In this document: in pieces, positions 19,795 to 30,545 of the stretch
Layout of the letters: each line of letters opens with the position of its first letter
Numbering within the stretch: position 1 is the first letter of the stretch
Assembly (NCBI GenBank): GCA_963698385.1
Contig: CAVOQP010000009.1
Location: 42,500-106,499, forward strand
Direction: 5' to 3'
Length of the DNA: 64,000 bases
Source of the DNA: an uncultured Acidimicrobiia bacterium
GTDB taxonomy: Bacteria > Actinomycetota > Acidimicrobiia > Spongiisociales > JAENVV01
The notes under the pieces: generated by a model
Told to the model about the DNA's origin: nothing
Databases searched by the model: none
What the model saw: only the letters and a program-made list of their open reading frames with translations
Position numbers and translations under genes: made by a program

Positions 19795-20501
19795 CAGCCG
19801 GTGTACCTCAACACAGAAAGCGCGCCCTCGTTGACGAAGTAGCCATTGGCGCGGTACAGCCCGGCCGCGGCATCGTTGCCAGGCTGGGTGTTGAGGAGTT
19901 GCTGGCGGGCGCCCCGTCGGCGACACCAGTCGAGGGAGACCCGGAGGAGCGACCGTCCGTACCCGCGTCCACGAGCGGAGGGGTGAACGGCGATCCGCTG
20001 GAGGTAGCCGACCGTCCCGGCGATGCCGACTATCGCGAAGCCGCGCACGGTCCCCTCCTCGCGGGTGACGAGGAATGCCGACCGGGGGGTGGCCGTTCGG
20101 GCCTCGGCGATACCGAACCGACCCAACTGCCAGGTGTCATCGAACGAGACCCGATCGATGTCGATGGCTGCCAAGAGGTCGGCCGCTGCGCCATCCTCGA
20201 CATCGCGGGTCGGCTCCTCGATGGGCACGGTGAGGTCGCGTCCGTACAGGTCGAGGGTGAGGAAGCGAGCGAAACCGGCGGACTCCCACACCGAGCGACT
20301 GGAAGCGTCCACCGGGGGGGACGCGACCCATGTTGCCCCGGCCTCCATGAGGTGATCGGCCGCTTCTGTGAGGAACTGCGCGGATCCCCGCTCGAGGCGA
20401 AGGGACGCTCCCGAGGAGACATCGTTCCAGGGGCGGGCGGAGGCCTTTGCCCAGCTCTGGCGGAGTGTGAGCACGCCGGGCCAGGTCCCGGAGACCCTCA
20501 T
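19794..20501 (-). CDS. GNAT N-acetyltransferase (RimI-like C-terminal domain)
   Basis: YLQRIAVHPSARGRGYGRSLL, NDAAAGLYRANG; stop overlaps the pseudokinase ATG (TGATG). Start 20501 or 20549. Confidence 0.85.
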   Translation of the reverse strand: MRVSGTWPGVLTLRQSWAKASARPWNDVSSGASLRLERGSAQFLTEAADHLMEAGATWVASPPVDASSRSVWESAGFARFLTLDLYGRDLTVPIEEPTRDVEDGAAADLLAAIDIDRVSFDDTWQLGRFGIAEARTATPRSAFLVTREEGTVRGFAIVGIAGTVGYLQRIAVHPSARGRGYGRSLLRVSLDWCRRRGARQQLLNTQPGNDAAAGLYRANGYFVNEGALSVLRYTG

Positions 20502-20634
20502 GATGTTCCCGGGGACCGCATAGCCCCGAGTGTAGGGTCCGGAGGGCATGGGGCTTCAGCGGAGAACAACTCAAGGAGTGTCGTCGCGGCTCCGATGCAC
20601 ATGCGGTAACACCCTCACTGCGGACGGTTGAAAC

Positions 20635-21714
20635 ATGGCGGTCCCCCTCGACGAACTGCTGAAGAAGATGATCCAAGTGGAGGCGTCAGACCTCCATCTC
20701 AAGGCCGGCTCCCCCCCGGTCATGCGGGTCGACGGTGATCTCCACCACACGACGCTTCCTCCCCTCCGCCCGGAGGACGCCGAAGGCTATGCCCAGGCGA
20801 TCTTCACCCAACGAGCCGCAGTCGAGTTCCGAAACACGGGCGAGGCCGACTTCGCGTACGGCAAGTCGGGACTCGGTCGGTTCCGGGTGAACGCGTATCG
20901 ACAGCGAGGCTCCGTGGCCCTTGTGCTGCGGCGTGTGTTGCCCGTGTCCAAGACCTTCGGTGAACTGGGACTCCCCAGGATCCTCGAGAAACTCGCCCAC
21001 GAACCCCGCGGACTGGTGCTCGTCACCGGCCCGACCGGTTCGGGCAAGACCACGACGCTGGCCTCGGTGATCGACTACATGAACACCAACCGACGCCTGA
21101 ACATCATCACGATCGAGGACCCGATCGAGGTGCTGCACCGCGACAAGAACTCGATCGTATCCCAGCGCGAGATCGGGATGGACACCATCGATTTCAACGA
21201 GGCGATCCGCCGGGCCCTCCGCCAGGACCCGGATGCGATTCTCATCGGTGAGATGCGCGACGCCGAGACCATGCGGGCCGCCATGCGGGCCGCGGAGACC
21301 GGGCACCTCGTGCTCTCGACCATGCACACGATTGATGCCCCGGAGACGATCAACCGGATCCTCGACATGTTCCCACCTCACCAGGAGCGGCAGGTGCGGA
21401 TGATGCTCGCCGCAACCCTGCGCGGTGTCATCTCCCAGCGCCTGCTGGAGCGGACGGATGGCGGGCGCACGGTCGCGACCGAGGTGCTCATCAACAACGG
21501 CCGCGTGTTCGACCGCATCGTGAACCCGGCTGAGTCCCTCAACCTGCTCGAAGTCATGGCGGAGTCCGAGTTCTACGGGATGCAGACATTCGACCAGGCG
21601 ATCCTTCGACTCTTCGAAGAGAAGAAGATCACCTTCCAGACCGCGCTGGCGGCCGCCACCACTCCCCAGGACCTCCGGGTCGCGGCGGAGCAGAAGGGCC
21701 TTCTCGCGGGATAG
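20635..21714 (+). CDS. pilT: PilT/PilU-family type IV pilus retraction ATPase
   Basis: ASDLHLKAG, RFRVNAY, TGPTGSGKTTTL, TIEDPIE, ALRQDPD...GEMRD, GMQTFDQ. Confidence 0.9.
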   Translation: MAVPLDELLKKMIQVEASDLHLKAGSPPVMRVDGDLHHTTLPPLRPEDAEGYAQAIFTQRAAVEFRNTGEADFAYGKSGLGRFRVNAYRQRGSVALVLRRVLPVSKTFGELGLPRILEKLAHEPRGLVLVTGPTGSGKTTTLASVIDYMNTNRRLNIITIEDPIEVLHRDKNSIVSQREIGMDTIDFNEAIRRALRQDPDAILIGEMRDAETMRAAMRAAETGHLVLSTMHTIDAPETINRILDMFPPHQERQVRMMLAATLRGVISQRLLERTDGGRTVATEVLINNGRVFDRIVNPAESLNLLEVMAESEFYGMQTFDQAILRLFEEKKITFQTALAAATTPQDLRVAAEQKGLLAG

Positions 21715-21748
21715 AACCAACCAACTCGGTGTCAGCGCTGGCACCGGC

Positions 21749-21775
21749 ACGAAGCCGCCCGACGGGCGGCTTCGT
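21749..21775. terminator. Hairpin after pilT
   Basis: 12-bp perfect stem ACGAAGCCGCCC / GGGCGGCTTCGT; weak U tract. Confidence 0.55.
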
Positions 21776-21859
21776 CATGATCCGGCCGGGAATCCCGGCG
21801 CAACGGCCGGGGTGGGCGTCCGCTGGGGACAGTGGGGCAGAAACCCGTATCCTGCCCGG

Positions 21860-23293
21860 ATGATCCCGCAACGCCTCGAGTGGTTGGTCGCCGACGACGC
21901 GCCCGCCACGCTGCTCGCACGGCGGTTCGCCGACGCCGGGCAACGGCTGTACCTCGTGGGTGGGTCAGTGCGAGATGCCCTCCTCGGTCGGCCTGCGGAG
22001 GACCTCGACTTCACCACCGACGCCCGCCCAGAACGGACCAAAGCGATCGTCGAACCGTTCGCCGACACCGTCTTCACCGTCGGGGAGGCGTTCGGCACGA
22101 TCGGAGTGGTCCTGGAGGGGCACACCTTCGAGATCACGACCTTTCGCAAGGAGGTCTATCGCGACGACTCCCGCAAGCCCCACGTCGAGTACTCGGACGA
22201 CATCGAGACCGACCTGTCCCGCAGGGACTTCGCCGTCAACGCCATGGCCCTCGACGTTCTGGACCGCCACCTGCTGGACCCCCATGGGGGCCTCGCGGAC
22301 CTTGCCGGAGGTCTGCTGCGGACCCCGCTCGGGCCCGAGATCTCGTTCTCGGATGACCCCTTGCGCATGCTGCGGCTCTACCGGTTCGTCTCCACGCTCG
22401 GGTTCATCCCGGATCCCGCGGCAGTGGCAGCCGTCGAGGGGATGGCGGGCCGACTCGAGATCGTCTCCGCCGAACGGATCAGGGACGAACTCGACAAGCT
22501 TCTCCTCGGCGACAACGTAGGAGATGCCTTGTGGGGTCTCGTTCGCTCCGGACTCGCCGAACACTTCATTCCCGAATTCGCCGACCTTGCCCACGCCATC
22601 GACCCATATCACCGCCACAAGGACGTCCTCGCCCACTCGATCGCCGTGGTCGAGAAGACGTCCCCTCGGCCGCGGATCCGACTGGCTGCGCTCTTCCATG
22701 ACGTCGGGAAACCGGAGACCCGCGAATACGGGCCAAACGGTGTTTCGTTTCATCATCACGAAGTGGTTGGCGCTCGGATGACCCGCCAACGCATGCGGGA
22801 GCTCCGGTATTCGCGCGAGATGGTGAAGGACGTCGGGCAACTCGTCTTCCTGCACCTCCGCCCGCACACGTTCGCCATGGGGTGGACCGACTCGGCAGTT
22901 CGCCGGTATGTACGCGATGCCGATCATTTGCTCGAGGACCTCAACGAGTTGGTGCGGTGTGACGTGACGACCAAGAACCGCAAGCGCGCGGAGGTGATCC
23001 AGGGACGTCTCGACGAACTGGAGGAGCGCATCGAGGTGCTCAAGGAACACGAGGAGTTGGCAGCCCTCCGTCCCCCGATCGACGGCACGCAGGTCATGGC
23101 CTACCTCGGGATCACCCCTGGGCCGCTGGTGGGCAAGGTGATGACCATGCTCTACGAGCACCGTATCGAGGAGGGTCCGTACGACGAGGATGTGGCGTAT
23201 GGCCTCGTAGCGTCGTGGGCGGCCGGCGAGGGACTGGTCATCCCCGACCCGGACCGCCGCCCGGCATCGAAGCCGGCCAAGGACGACGAGTGA
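21860..23293 (+). CDS. cca: CCA tRNA nucleotidyltransferase with HD domain
   Basis: YLVGGSVRD, DLDFTTD, DLSRRDFAVNAM, FSDDPLRMLR, HDVGKP. Confidence 0.9.
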   Translation: MIPQRLEWLVADDAPATLLARRFADAGQRLYLVGGSVRDALLGRPAEDLDFTTDARPERTKAIVEPFADTVFTVGEAFGTIGVVLEGHTFEITTFRKEVYRDDSRKPHVEYSDDIETDLSRRDFAVNAMALDVLDRHLLDPHGGLADLAGGLLRTPLGPEISFSDDPLRMLRLYRFVSTLGFIPDPAAVAAVEGMAGRLEIVSAERIRDELDKLLLGDNVGDALWGLVRSGLAEHFIPEFADLAHAIDPYHRHKDVLAHSIAVVEKTSPRPRIRLAALFHDVGKPETREYGPNGVSFHHHEVVGARMTRQRMRELRYSREMVKDVGQLVFLHLRPHTFAMGWTDSAVRRYVRDADHLLEDLNELVRCDVTTKNRKRAEVIQGRLDELEERIEVLKEHEELAALRPPIDGTQVMAYLGITPGPLVGKVMTMLYEHRIEEGPYDEDVAYGLVASWAAGEGLVIPDPDRRPASKPAKDDE

Positions 23294-24816
23294 GCCCCCT
23301 ACCCAGCCGGGTCTTGCTGCTGGTGGTTGGCGCGCTCATCGTTGCTGCCTGTAGCTCCACGACCGGGCCCGCGACCACGGACTCCGCGCCTGCTCCGACC
23401 TCGACCATCCCGGCCGAGACCGAACCGACGCCGACCTCGACCCTTCCCCTGACGACCACTACGACCACGGCACCTGCCGTCTCGGCTCGGGAAGTGTTCG
23501 CCGGTGTTCGTGACGGGCATGGTGGGGCCTCCATGGGCGACTCCTACTACCCCCGCCTCGGCAACGGCGGCTACGACGTCACCCATGTCGACCTGGCGAT
23601 CGATTTTCGCGACCTGGACCGGGGTGGCTTCGCCGGGGTGGCAGCGCTCCAGGTCCAGCCCGTCGAGGAACTGGCCTCCTTCGTGATCGACACCGGGACG
23701 CTGTCGATCGAAGAGGTCCGCGTCAACGGGTCCGCGGCGACCTTCACCACCGAGTCGAACGGTGAGATCCGAATCGCACTCCTCACTCCATCTGCATCGC
23801 CTTTCGAGCTGGTCATCGAGTACTCGGGGCGTCCTGAGCCGATGTTCGAGCCGGCGATCTCGTTCGAAGTGGGGATTCGCCCCGGTCCGGACGCGTGGTT
23901 CGCTGTCTCAGAGCCGAGTGGCGCGACCACCTGGTTTCCCGCCAATGACCACCCGCTCGACAAGGCGACCTACACGATCTCGCTCACGGTTGATGACGGC
24001 CTCACGGGTATCGCCGGCGGGATCCTGACCGGCTCCGACGCCGCCATCGGTGGGGGAACGACATTCACATGGGACCATCGGCACCCGGTGGCGAGCTACC
24101 TGGTTCCGTTGGCGGTGGGCCGGTTCGAGATGGTGGAACGCGAGTCGGTGGAGGGCGTCGCGATCAGGGACTTCATCGACCCGGACATCGAACGTGGCCT
24201 GCTCGGCAACCTCGACAACACCGGGGAGTTCCTCGCATGGATGATCGGCGTCTTCGGCGACTACCCATTCGACGCCTACGGGACCCTCGCCCTCGACGTC
24301 ACCTTCGGGGGTGCCCTCGAGACGCAGACCCTCGCCACGCACGGTGCGGATGCGCTCGGGTCGACCGTGATCATCCACGAGATGGCCCACATGTGGTTCG
24401 GGGACAGCGTCAGCGTCGCCGACTGGTCCCATATCTGGCTCAACGAGGGATTCGCCACCTACTCCCAATGGCTGTGGGTCGAGCATGATCGTGGTGTCGA
24501 CCTCTACAACAAGGTGGCTCGGAGTGGGTTCGATGGCTACCGCGGGCTTCGCGCTCCCGGCACACCGGCCCCCAACGATCTCTTCAATGGAGGCGTCTAT
24601 GTCGGGGGAGCCAGCGTTCTCCACGCCCTGCGGATCGAGATCGGCGACGGGGCCTTCTTTGCCCTCCTCAAGGCGTGGGCGCAGGACAATGCGTATGGGA
24701 ACGTGACCACAGGGGACTTCGTCGACATGGCCGAACGATTCGGCGCCCGGCAGTTGGACGACTTCTTCGAGATCTGGCTGGCGGGGGACGGGCCGGAGTA
24801 CGTACCGCTGGGGTAG
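23290..24816 (+). CDS. M1-family zinc aminopeptidase, lipoprotein
   Basis: Lipobox IVAAC, Thr/Pro linker, GALETQ, HEMAHMWFG...WLNEGFATY (HExxH-18-E). Confidence 0.88.
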   Translation: MSPLPSRVLLLVVGALIVAACSSTTGPATTDSAPAPTSTIPAETEPTPTSTLPLTTTTTTAPAVSAREVFAGVRDGHGGASMGDSYYPRLGNGGYDVTHVDLAIDFRDLDRGGFAGVAALQVQPVEELASFVIDTGTLSIEEVRVNGSAATFTTESNGEIRIALLTPSASPFELVIEYSGRPEPMFEPAISFEVGIRPGPDAWFAVSEPSGATTWFPANDHPLDKATYTISLTVDDGLTGIAGGILTGSDAAIGGGTTFTWDHRHPVASYLVPLAVGRFEMVERESVEGVAIRDFIDPDIERGLLGNLDNTGEFLAWMIGVFGDYPFDAYGTLALDVTFGGALETQTLATHGADALGSTVIIHEMAHMWFGDSVSVADWSHIWLNEGFATYSQWLWVEHDRGVDLYNKVARSGFDGYRGLRAPGTPAPNDLFNGGVYVGGASVLHALRIEIGDGAFFALLKAWAQDNAYGNVTTGDFVDMAERFGARQLDDFFEIWLAGDGPEYVPLG

Positions 24817-24852
24817 GGAAAGGTACAAGAAGAGAGGTACGAGTCGGCCTCC

Positions 24853-25002
24853 GTTGTCTGTCCCCCCAGCGAAGCTGGGGGGAAGGTCCCTGCCACGGAG
24901 CGAAGCGGAGTGGGAGGTAGGGGGGCCGTGCGTGTGTGCGAGGCGCTGCGCGGCAACTCACACCCCCCTTACCCCCGCCCTGCGGACGGGAGGACAGACA
25001 AC
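24853..25002. mobile_element. MITE-like unit built from two inward-facing REP-like copies
   Basis: 11-bp perfect terminal inverted repeats GTTGTCTGTCC / GGACAGACAAC flanked by TCC on both sides; full ~70-bp copy 24856-24925 and short inverted copy 24963-24999. Confidence 0.5.
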
Positions 25003-25004
25003 TC

Positions 25005-25063
25005 CTCGACGCTCGACGCTCGACGCTCGACGCTCGACGCTCCCGCTCCCGCTCCCGCACCCG
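25005..25063. repeat. Tandem repeats (CTCGACG)x5 then (CTCCCG)x3
   Basis: Read directly from the sequence. Confidence 0.95.
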
Positions 25064-25077
25064 CGTAGCCTCTGGCC

Positions 25078-25521
25078 ATGACCATCGATGTCTGGACCAT
25101 CGTCCGCTTCCTCCACATCATCGGCGCGATCCTGTGGATCGGGGGCCAGATGACCTTCGCGCTGGTGGTGACCCCGGCGCTCAAGCAGGTGGAGGAAGGG
25201 GACGAGCGGGTGTTTGCAGTCCAGACTGCGGTCGCCCGACGATTCGGGAACGTGGTGTCCTGGGTTGGGATCCCCGTACAACTCGCCACCGGGTTTGCTT
25301 TGTCGTTCCGGGTGTTCGACCTCGGCAAGGGCACGATCCCTGCCTACGGATTCTGGCTCGGGTTCAAGATCATCCTCTTCCTGGCGGCGATCATCATCGC
25401 TGCTGTACACGGCATCATGGCTTCGCGCGGAGTCAGTGGACGGACGAGGCTCCTCGCCGACACCGGCATGGTCGTGTCCTTCGGTATCCTCCTCATCGCC
25501 GTCACCCTCGGTGGGGGGTAG
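25078..25521 (+). CDS. Four-TM membrane protein (CopD/DUF2269-like)
   Basis: RFLHIIGAILWIGG and WLGFKIILF pattern; TAGCCT-N6-ATG leaderless signature. Confidence 0.7.
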   Translation: MTIDVWTIVRFLHIIGAILWIGGQMTFALVVTPALKQVEEGDERVFAVQTAVARRFGNVVSWVGIPVQLATGFALSFRVFDLGKGTIPAYGFWLGFKIILFLAAIIIAAVHGIMASRGVSGRTRLLADTGMVVSFGILLIAVTLGGG

Positions 25522-25538
25522 CACCCACGAAGAGCGAG

Positions 25539-25576
25539 TTCGCATAACTCAGCGAACTCCTGTATATTCATACGAA
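25539..25576. promoter_or_regulatory. Tandem ARG boxes (ArgR operator) immediately upstream of argC
   Basis: ttCGCATaactCAGCGaa (25539-25556) and ccTGTATattcATACGaa (25559-25576), 20-nt period, resembling TGCAT-N4-ATGCA; argR is in the operon. Confidence 0.7.
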
Positions 25577-25578
25577 TC

Positions 25579-26604
25579 ATGAGAACGGCGATCTTCGGAG
25601 CATCCGGGTACACAGGTGGCGAGTTGGTGCGCTTCGTGGACGCCCACGACGGCCTCCACCTGGTTCATCTCGGGGCCCACTCCCAGGCCGGTCTCCCCCT
25701 CGGTACGGTGCATCCCCATCTCGCGGGCGGCGATCGGGCACTCGGCTCGAACGACCCTGATGACCTCGGAGAGGTCGACCTCGCCTTCCTCGCGCTCCCC
25801 CACGGTGCCTCGGCCCGAATCGGCAAGACGCTCGCCGACGCCGGCGTCAGGGTCGTCGACCTCGGCGCTGACTACCGACTCGACACGGATGCTCGTTACC
25901 AAACCGCCTACGGCTCCCCCCACCCGTTCCCGGACGACCTGGCCGAGTGGACCTACGGTCTTCCAGAACTGTTCGACTGCACTGGTACCTCCCGGGTCGC
26001 GGCGCCCGGCTGTTATCCCACGGCCACCGTCCTCGGCGTCGCTCCGCTGCTGGCTGCCGGGCTTCTCGATCCGTCCAACATCATTGTCAATGCCGTGTCC
26101 GGTGTGAGCGGTGCTGGGAGGAAACTCGCGGACCAGTTCCTCTTCGGTTCGATCGACGAGGGAGTGGTCGCCTATGCAGTGGGTACGCATCGCCATCGTC
26201 CCGAGATGGAGATGGCCCTCGAGCAGGCGGCGGACCTCGATGGCGTGTCGGTGACCTTCACTCCACACCTGGTCCCGATGCAGAGGGGCATCGTTTCCAC
26301 CACGACTGCCCCGGTCGCCTTGGACCGGGTGACCCGCGCGGACCTCCTGGACACGCTCCGTGACGCCTACGCCGGTCGCCACTTCGTCGAAGTGCTCGAT
26401 CATCCGCCCCAGTCGCGCTGGGTCGTCAACTCCAACCGAGCCATGGTGACCGCCTACATCGACCACTCCTCAGGACAGGTGATCGTCATCGCAGCCATCG
26501 ACAACCTCGTGAAGGGTGCCGCCGGACAGGCCGTTCAAGCCGCCAACGTGATGCTCGGACTCCCCGAGGAGACGGGGTTGCCAATGCACGGATGGATGCC
26601 GTGA
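25579..26604 (+). CDS. argC: N-acetyl-gamma-glutamyl-phosphate reductase
   Basis: GASGYTGGEL, VAAPGCYPTA, HRHRPEM, FTPHLVPMQRGI, IDNLVKGAAGQAVQ. Confidence 0.96.
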   Translation: MRTAIFGASGYTGGELVRFVDAHDGLHLVHLGAHSQAGLPLGTVHPHLAGGDRALGSNDPDDLGEVDLAFLALPHGASARIGKTLADAGVRVVDLGADYRLDTDARYQTAYGSPHPFPDDLAEWTYGLPELFDCTGTSRVAAPGCYPTATVLGVAPLLAAGLLDPSNIIVNAVSGVSGAGRKLADQFLFGSIDEGVVAYAVGTHRHRPEMEMALEQAADLDGVSVTFTPHLVPMQRGIVSTTTAPVALDRVTRADLLDTLRDAYAGRHFVEVLDHPPQSRWVVNSNRAMVTAYIDHSSGQVIVIAAIDNLVKGAAGQAVQAANVMLGLPEETGLPMHGWMP

Positions 26605-26708
26605 ACCAGCGTCGGCCTGCGGCCTCCGAGCACGGGCACGAGCTCGAGCTCGAGCCAGACCCCAGCAATGAGGACAGCACGCGGGGCGGCGGGCACCGTT
26701 TGAGCGAG

Positions 26709-26778
26709 CCCTCCTACCTCCCACTTCGCGTCGCTTCGTGGCAAGGACCTTCCCCCCACCTTGGGCGGGGGGACAGAC
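26709..26778 (-). repeat. Single REP-like ~70-bp copy between argC and argJ
   Basis: Reverse complement GTCTGTCCCCCCGCCCAAGGTGGGGGGAAGGTCCTTGCCACGAAGCGACGCGAAGTGGGAGGTAGG aligns by eye with 24856-24925; preceded by hexamer repeats near 26630-26660. Confidence 0.85.
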
Positions 26779-26809
26779 ATGCATCGATTCCCATCGGAGG
26801 TATCGCCCC

Positions 26810-27970
26810 ATGAGTGTCACCACGCCGAAGGGCTTCACCGCCGGCGGAGCCCACTGCGGGGTGAAGCGGACCGGGGAGTTGGACCTGGCCATCGTCGCCG
26901 CCGAGCAACCCGTCGTGGCAGCGGCGGTGTTCACCCAGAACCTGGCGGCAGCCGCCCCGGTGGTGCTCTCCCGCCAACACGTCACCAATGGCTACGCCCA
27001 GGCGGTCGTCCTCAACTCCGGTACTGCCAACGCCGGGACCGGTTCCACCGGGGAGGTCCATGCTGCCCGAATGGCAACGGCCACGGCCGGCGCTCTCGGG
27101 TGTGCGGTCACCGACGTCCTCGTGTGCTCGACCGGTCCCATCGGCCCGCTGCTCCCGATCGACTCCGTCGAGGACGGCATTGCCGCCCTCGCCCCCATAC
27201 TCGGCAGGGACCGCGAAGCCGGGTCGGCTGCCGCCAGGGCGATCATGACCACGGACACCTACCCGAAGACGTCAGCGTTCATTGCTGCCGATGGTTGGGC
27301 GATCGGTGGGATGGCGAAGGGGGCGGCCATGATCCGGCCCAACATGGCCACCATGCTCGCCGTCATCACCACCGACGTGGCGCTCGGTACTGAGCAGGCG
27401 CAGAGTGTGCTCGAGGCGGCGGTGGCGACCACCTTCAACGCCCTCAACATCGACGGGTGCACCTCCACGAACGACACCGTCATCCTCCTTGCATCGGCGG
27501 ACAGCGGCATCACGGTCGAGACCGACGAGTTCGCTCCTCGGCTGACGGAGGTGTGCGAGTCGCTTGCCCGGCAGATGGCACGTGACGGCGAGGAGACGAC
27601 GAAGGTCGTCGACGTCGTGGTGCAGGGCGCCGCGGACGATCTCGCGGCGCGCACGATGGGTCTCGAGATCACCGATTCCGACCTCATTCGAAGCTCCTTC
27701 TTCGGCGGGGATCCGAACTGGGGCCGGGTCCTGCAGGCACTCGGACAGTCGGGGGTCTCCTTCGATCCGGCCTCGGTCGCGGTGACCTACGAGGACGTCA
27801 CCGTCGCGGCCGGCGGGGTGCAGGTCGCCTATGACCGGGCAGGCCTCATCACCCGACTTCAGGGCGACTTCACCCTCACGGTGGCAGTCGGTGGTGGACC
27901 CGGTTCCGCCCGCATCATCACGACGGACCTCACTCCGGGGTACGTGCGATTCAACGGAGAGCCTTCATGA
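26810..27970 (+). CDS. argJ: Bifunctional glutamate N-acetyltransferase / amino-acid acetyltransferase
   Basis: AIMTTDT, GMAKGAAMIRPNMATML, STNDTV, DPNWGR. Confidence 0.95.
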   Translation: MSVTTPKGFTAGGAHCGVKRTGELDLAIVAAEQPVVAAAVFTQNLAAAAPVVLSRQHVTNGYAQAVVLNSGTANAGTGSTGEVHAARMATATAGALGCAVTDVLVCSTGPIGPLLPIDSVEDGIAALAPILGRDREAGSAAARAIMTTDTYPKTSAFIAADGWAIGGMAKGAAMIRPNMATMLAVITTDVALGTEQAQSVLEAAVATTFNALNIDGCTSTNDTVILLASADSGITVETDEFAPRLTEVCESLARQMARDGEETTKVVDVVVQGAADDLAARTMGLEITDSDLIRSSFFGGDPNWGRVLQALGQSGVSFDPASVAVTYEDVTVAAGGVQVAYDRAGLITRLQGDFTLTVAVGGGPGSARIITTDLTPGYVRFNGEPS

Positions 27971-28878
27971 GCGGTCACAGCCAACCAACCGAGACGCGCA
28001 CCCGGATAGCGGCCACGATGGGCAAGGCACGGATCCTGATGGAAGCCATGCCGTACATTCGTCGCTTCTCGGGAACCATCGTCGTCATCAAGTACGGGGG
28101 GTCGGCGATGGTCGACCCGGACCTCCAGGACAGCTTCGCGGCCGATGTGACCCTGCTGAGCCTGGTCGGCATCAAGCCGATCATCGTGCACGGCGGGGGA
28201 CCGCAGATCTCGGAGGCGATGACCCAGGCCGGGATCGAACCGGAGTGGGTGAACGGTCTCCGGGTCACCGACCAGGCGACGATCAAGGTGGTGCAAGGTG
28301 TATTGGCGGGCCAGGTGAATCCCGAGATCGTTCGCCTCCTCGTGGGCCACGGCGCCAACGCGGCCGGCGTGACCGGGGTGGACGCCGGACTGCTCACAGC
28401 CGTGCCCCGCGACCCCGACCTCGGATTCGTCGGCCGGGTGTCGAAGGTCGACTCGACGCTCATCGACGGGATGCTCGAGCGCAACATCGTCCCGGTGATC
28501 GCTCCGATAGCAAGGGGTGAGGACGGGTTCATCTACAACCTCAACGCCGACACGGCAGCGGGGGCGATCGCTGCTGCCCTCGGGGCCCACAAACTCATCT
28601 ACCTCACCGATGTCGACGGTCTCTACCGGGATCTCGGGGACCGGGATTCCCTCATCAATCGCGCTCGCATCAGCGAGATGCGCGACCTCCTCCCGACGCT
28701 GAGCGGGGGGATGGTCCCCAAGATCGAGTCCTGCCTCAAAGCGATGGAGGCGGGGGTCAGGCAAGCTCACATTCTCGACGGGCGGGTCCAGCACTCGCTC
28801 CTCCTCGAGATATTCACCCCGGAAGGGATAGGAACCATGATCGTTCACGAGGACTGGGAGCCAATCCATGTCAGTTGA
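27967..28878 (+). CDS. argB: Acetylglutamate kinase
   Basis: VIKYGGSAM, VHGGGPQI, GLRVTD, NLNADTAA, GGMVPK, HILDGRV. Confidence 0.96.
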   Translation: MSGHSQPTETRTRIAATMGKARILMEAMPYIRRFSGTIVVIKYGGSAMVDPDLQDSFAADVTLLSLVGIKPIIVHGGGPQISEAMTQAGIEPEWVNGLRVTDQATIKVVQGVLAGQVNPEIVRLLVGHGANAAGVTGVDAGLLTAVPRDPDLGFVGRVSKVDSTLIDGMLERNIVPVIAPIARGEDGFIYNLNADTAAGAIAAALGAHKLIYLTDVDGLYRDLGDRDSLINRARISEMRDLLPTLSGGMVPKIESCLKAMEAGVRQAHILDGRVQHSLLLEIFTPEGIGTMIVHEDWEPIHVS

Positions 28879-29317
28879 CCACCGCCTCATCGTCATTCGG
28901 CGACTGCTGGAGAACCATCGCGTCTCCAGCCAGCAGGACCTCGCCGACCTGTTGGCGGACGAGCAGATAGAGGTGACCCAGGCGACCGTCTCCCGTGACC
29001 TCCAACGCCTCGGGGCGATCAAGATCCGTGACTCGGGTGCCCTCCGCTACGCGGTCCCGGAACAGACGCCCGACGACCCGATAGCGGCGCTCGGGAGGGC
29101 TCTCGCGGACTACAGCCGGAGCATGACTCCGAGCCAGAACCTGCTCGTCATCAGGACGACAGCCGGGGCAGCGCACGTCGTGGCGGCTGCCATCGACGGC
29201 TTCGACGATGAAGCCGTCATCGGGACCGTGGCCGGCGACGACACGATCCTCGTGATCGGTGCCGAGGGCCAGACGGGCCACGACCTCATCGTCCTCCTCG
29301 AATCGATCGGAGCCTGA
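28868..29317 (+). CDS. argR: Arginine repressor
   Basis: [25 protein letters not shown]. Confidence 0.95.
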   Translation: MSVDHRLIVIRRLLENHRVSSQQDLADLLADEQIEVTQATVSRDLQRLGAIKIRDSGALRYAVPEQTPDDPIAALGRALADYSRSMTPSQNLLVIRTTAGAAHVVAAAIDGFDDEAVIGTVAGDDTILVIGAEGQTGHDLIVLLESIGA

Positions 29318-29318
29318 C

Positions 29319-30524
<1,206 letters not shown>

Positions 30525-30545
30525 GGGGCCTTGTGTCTATCGGTG

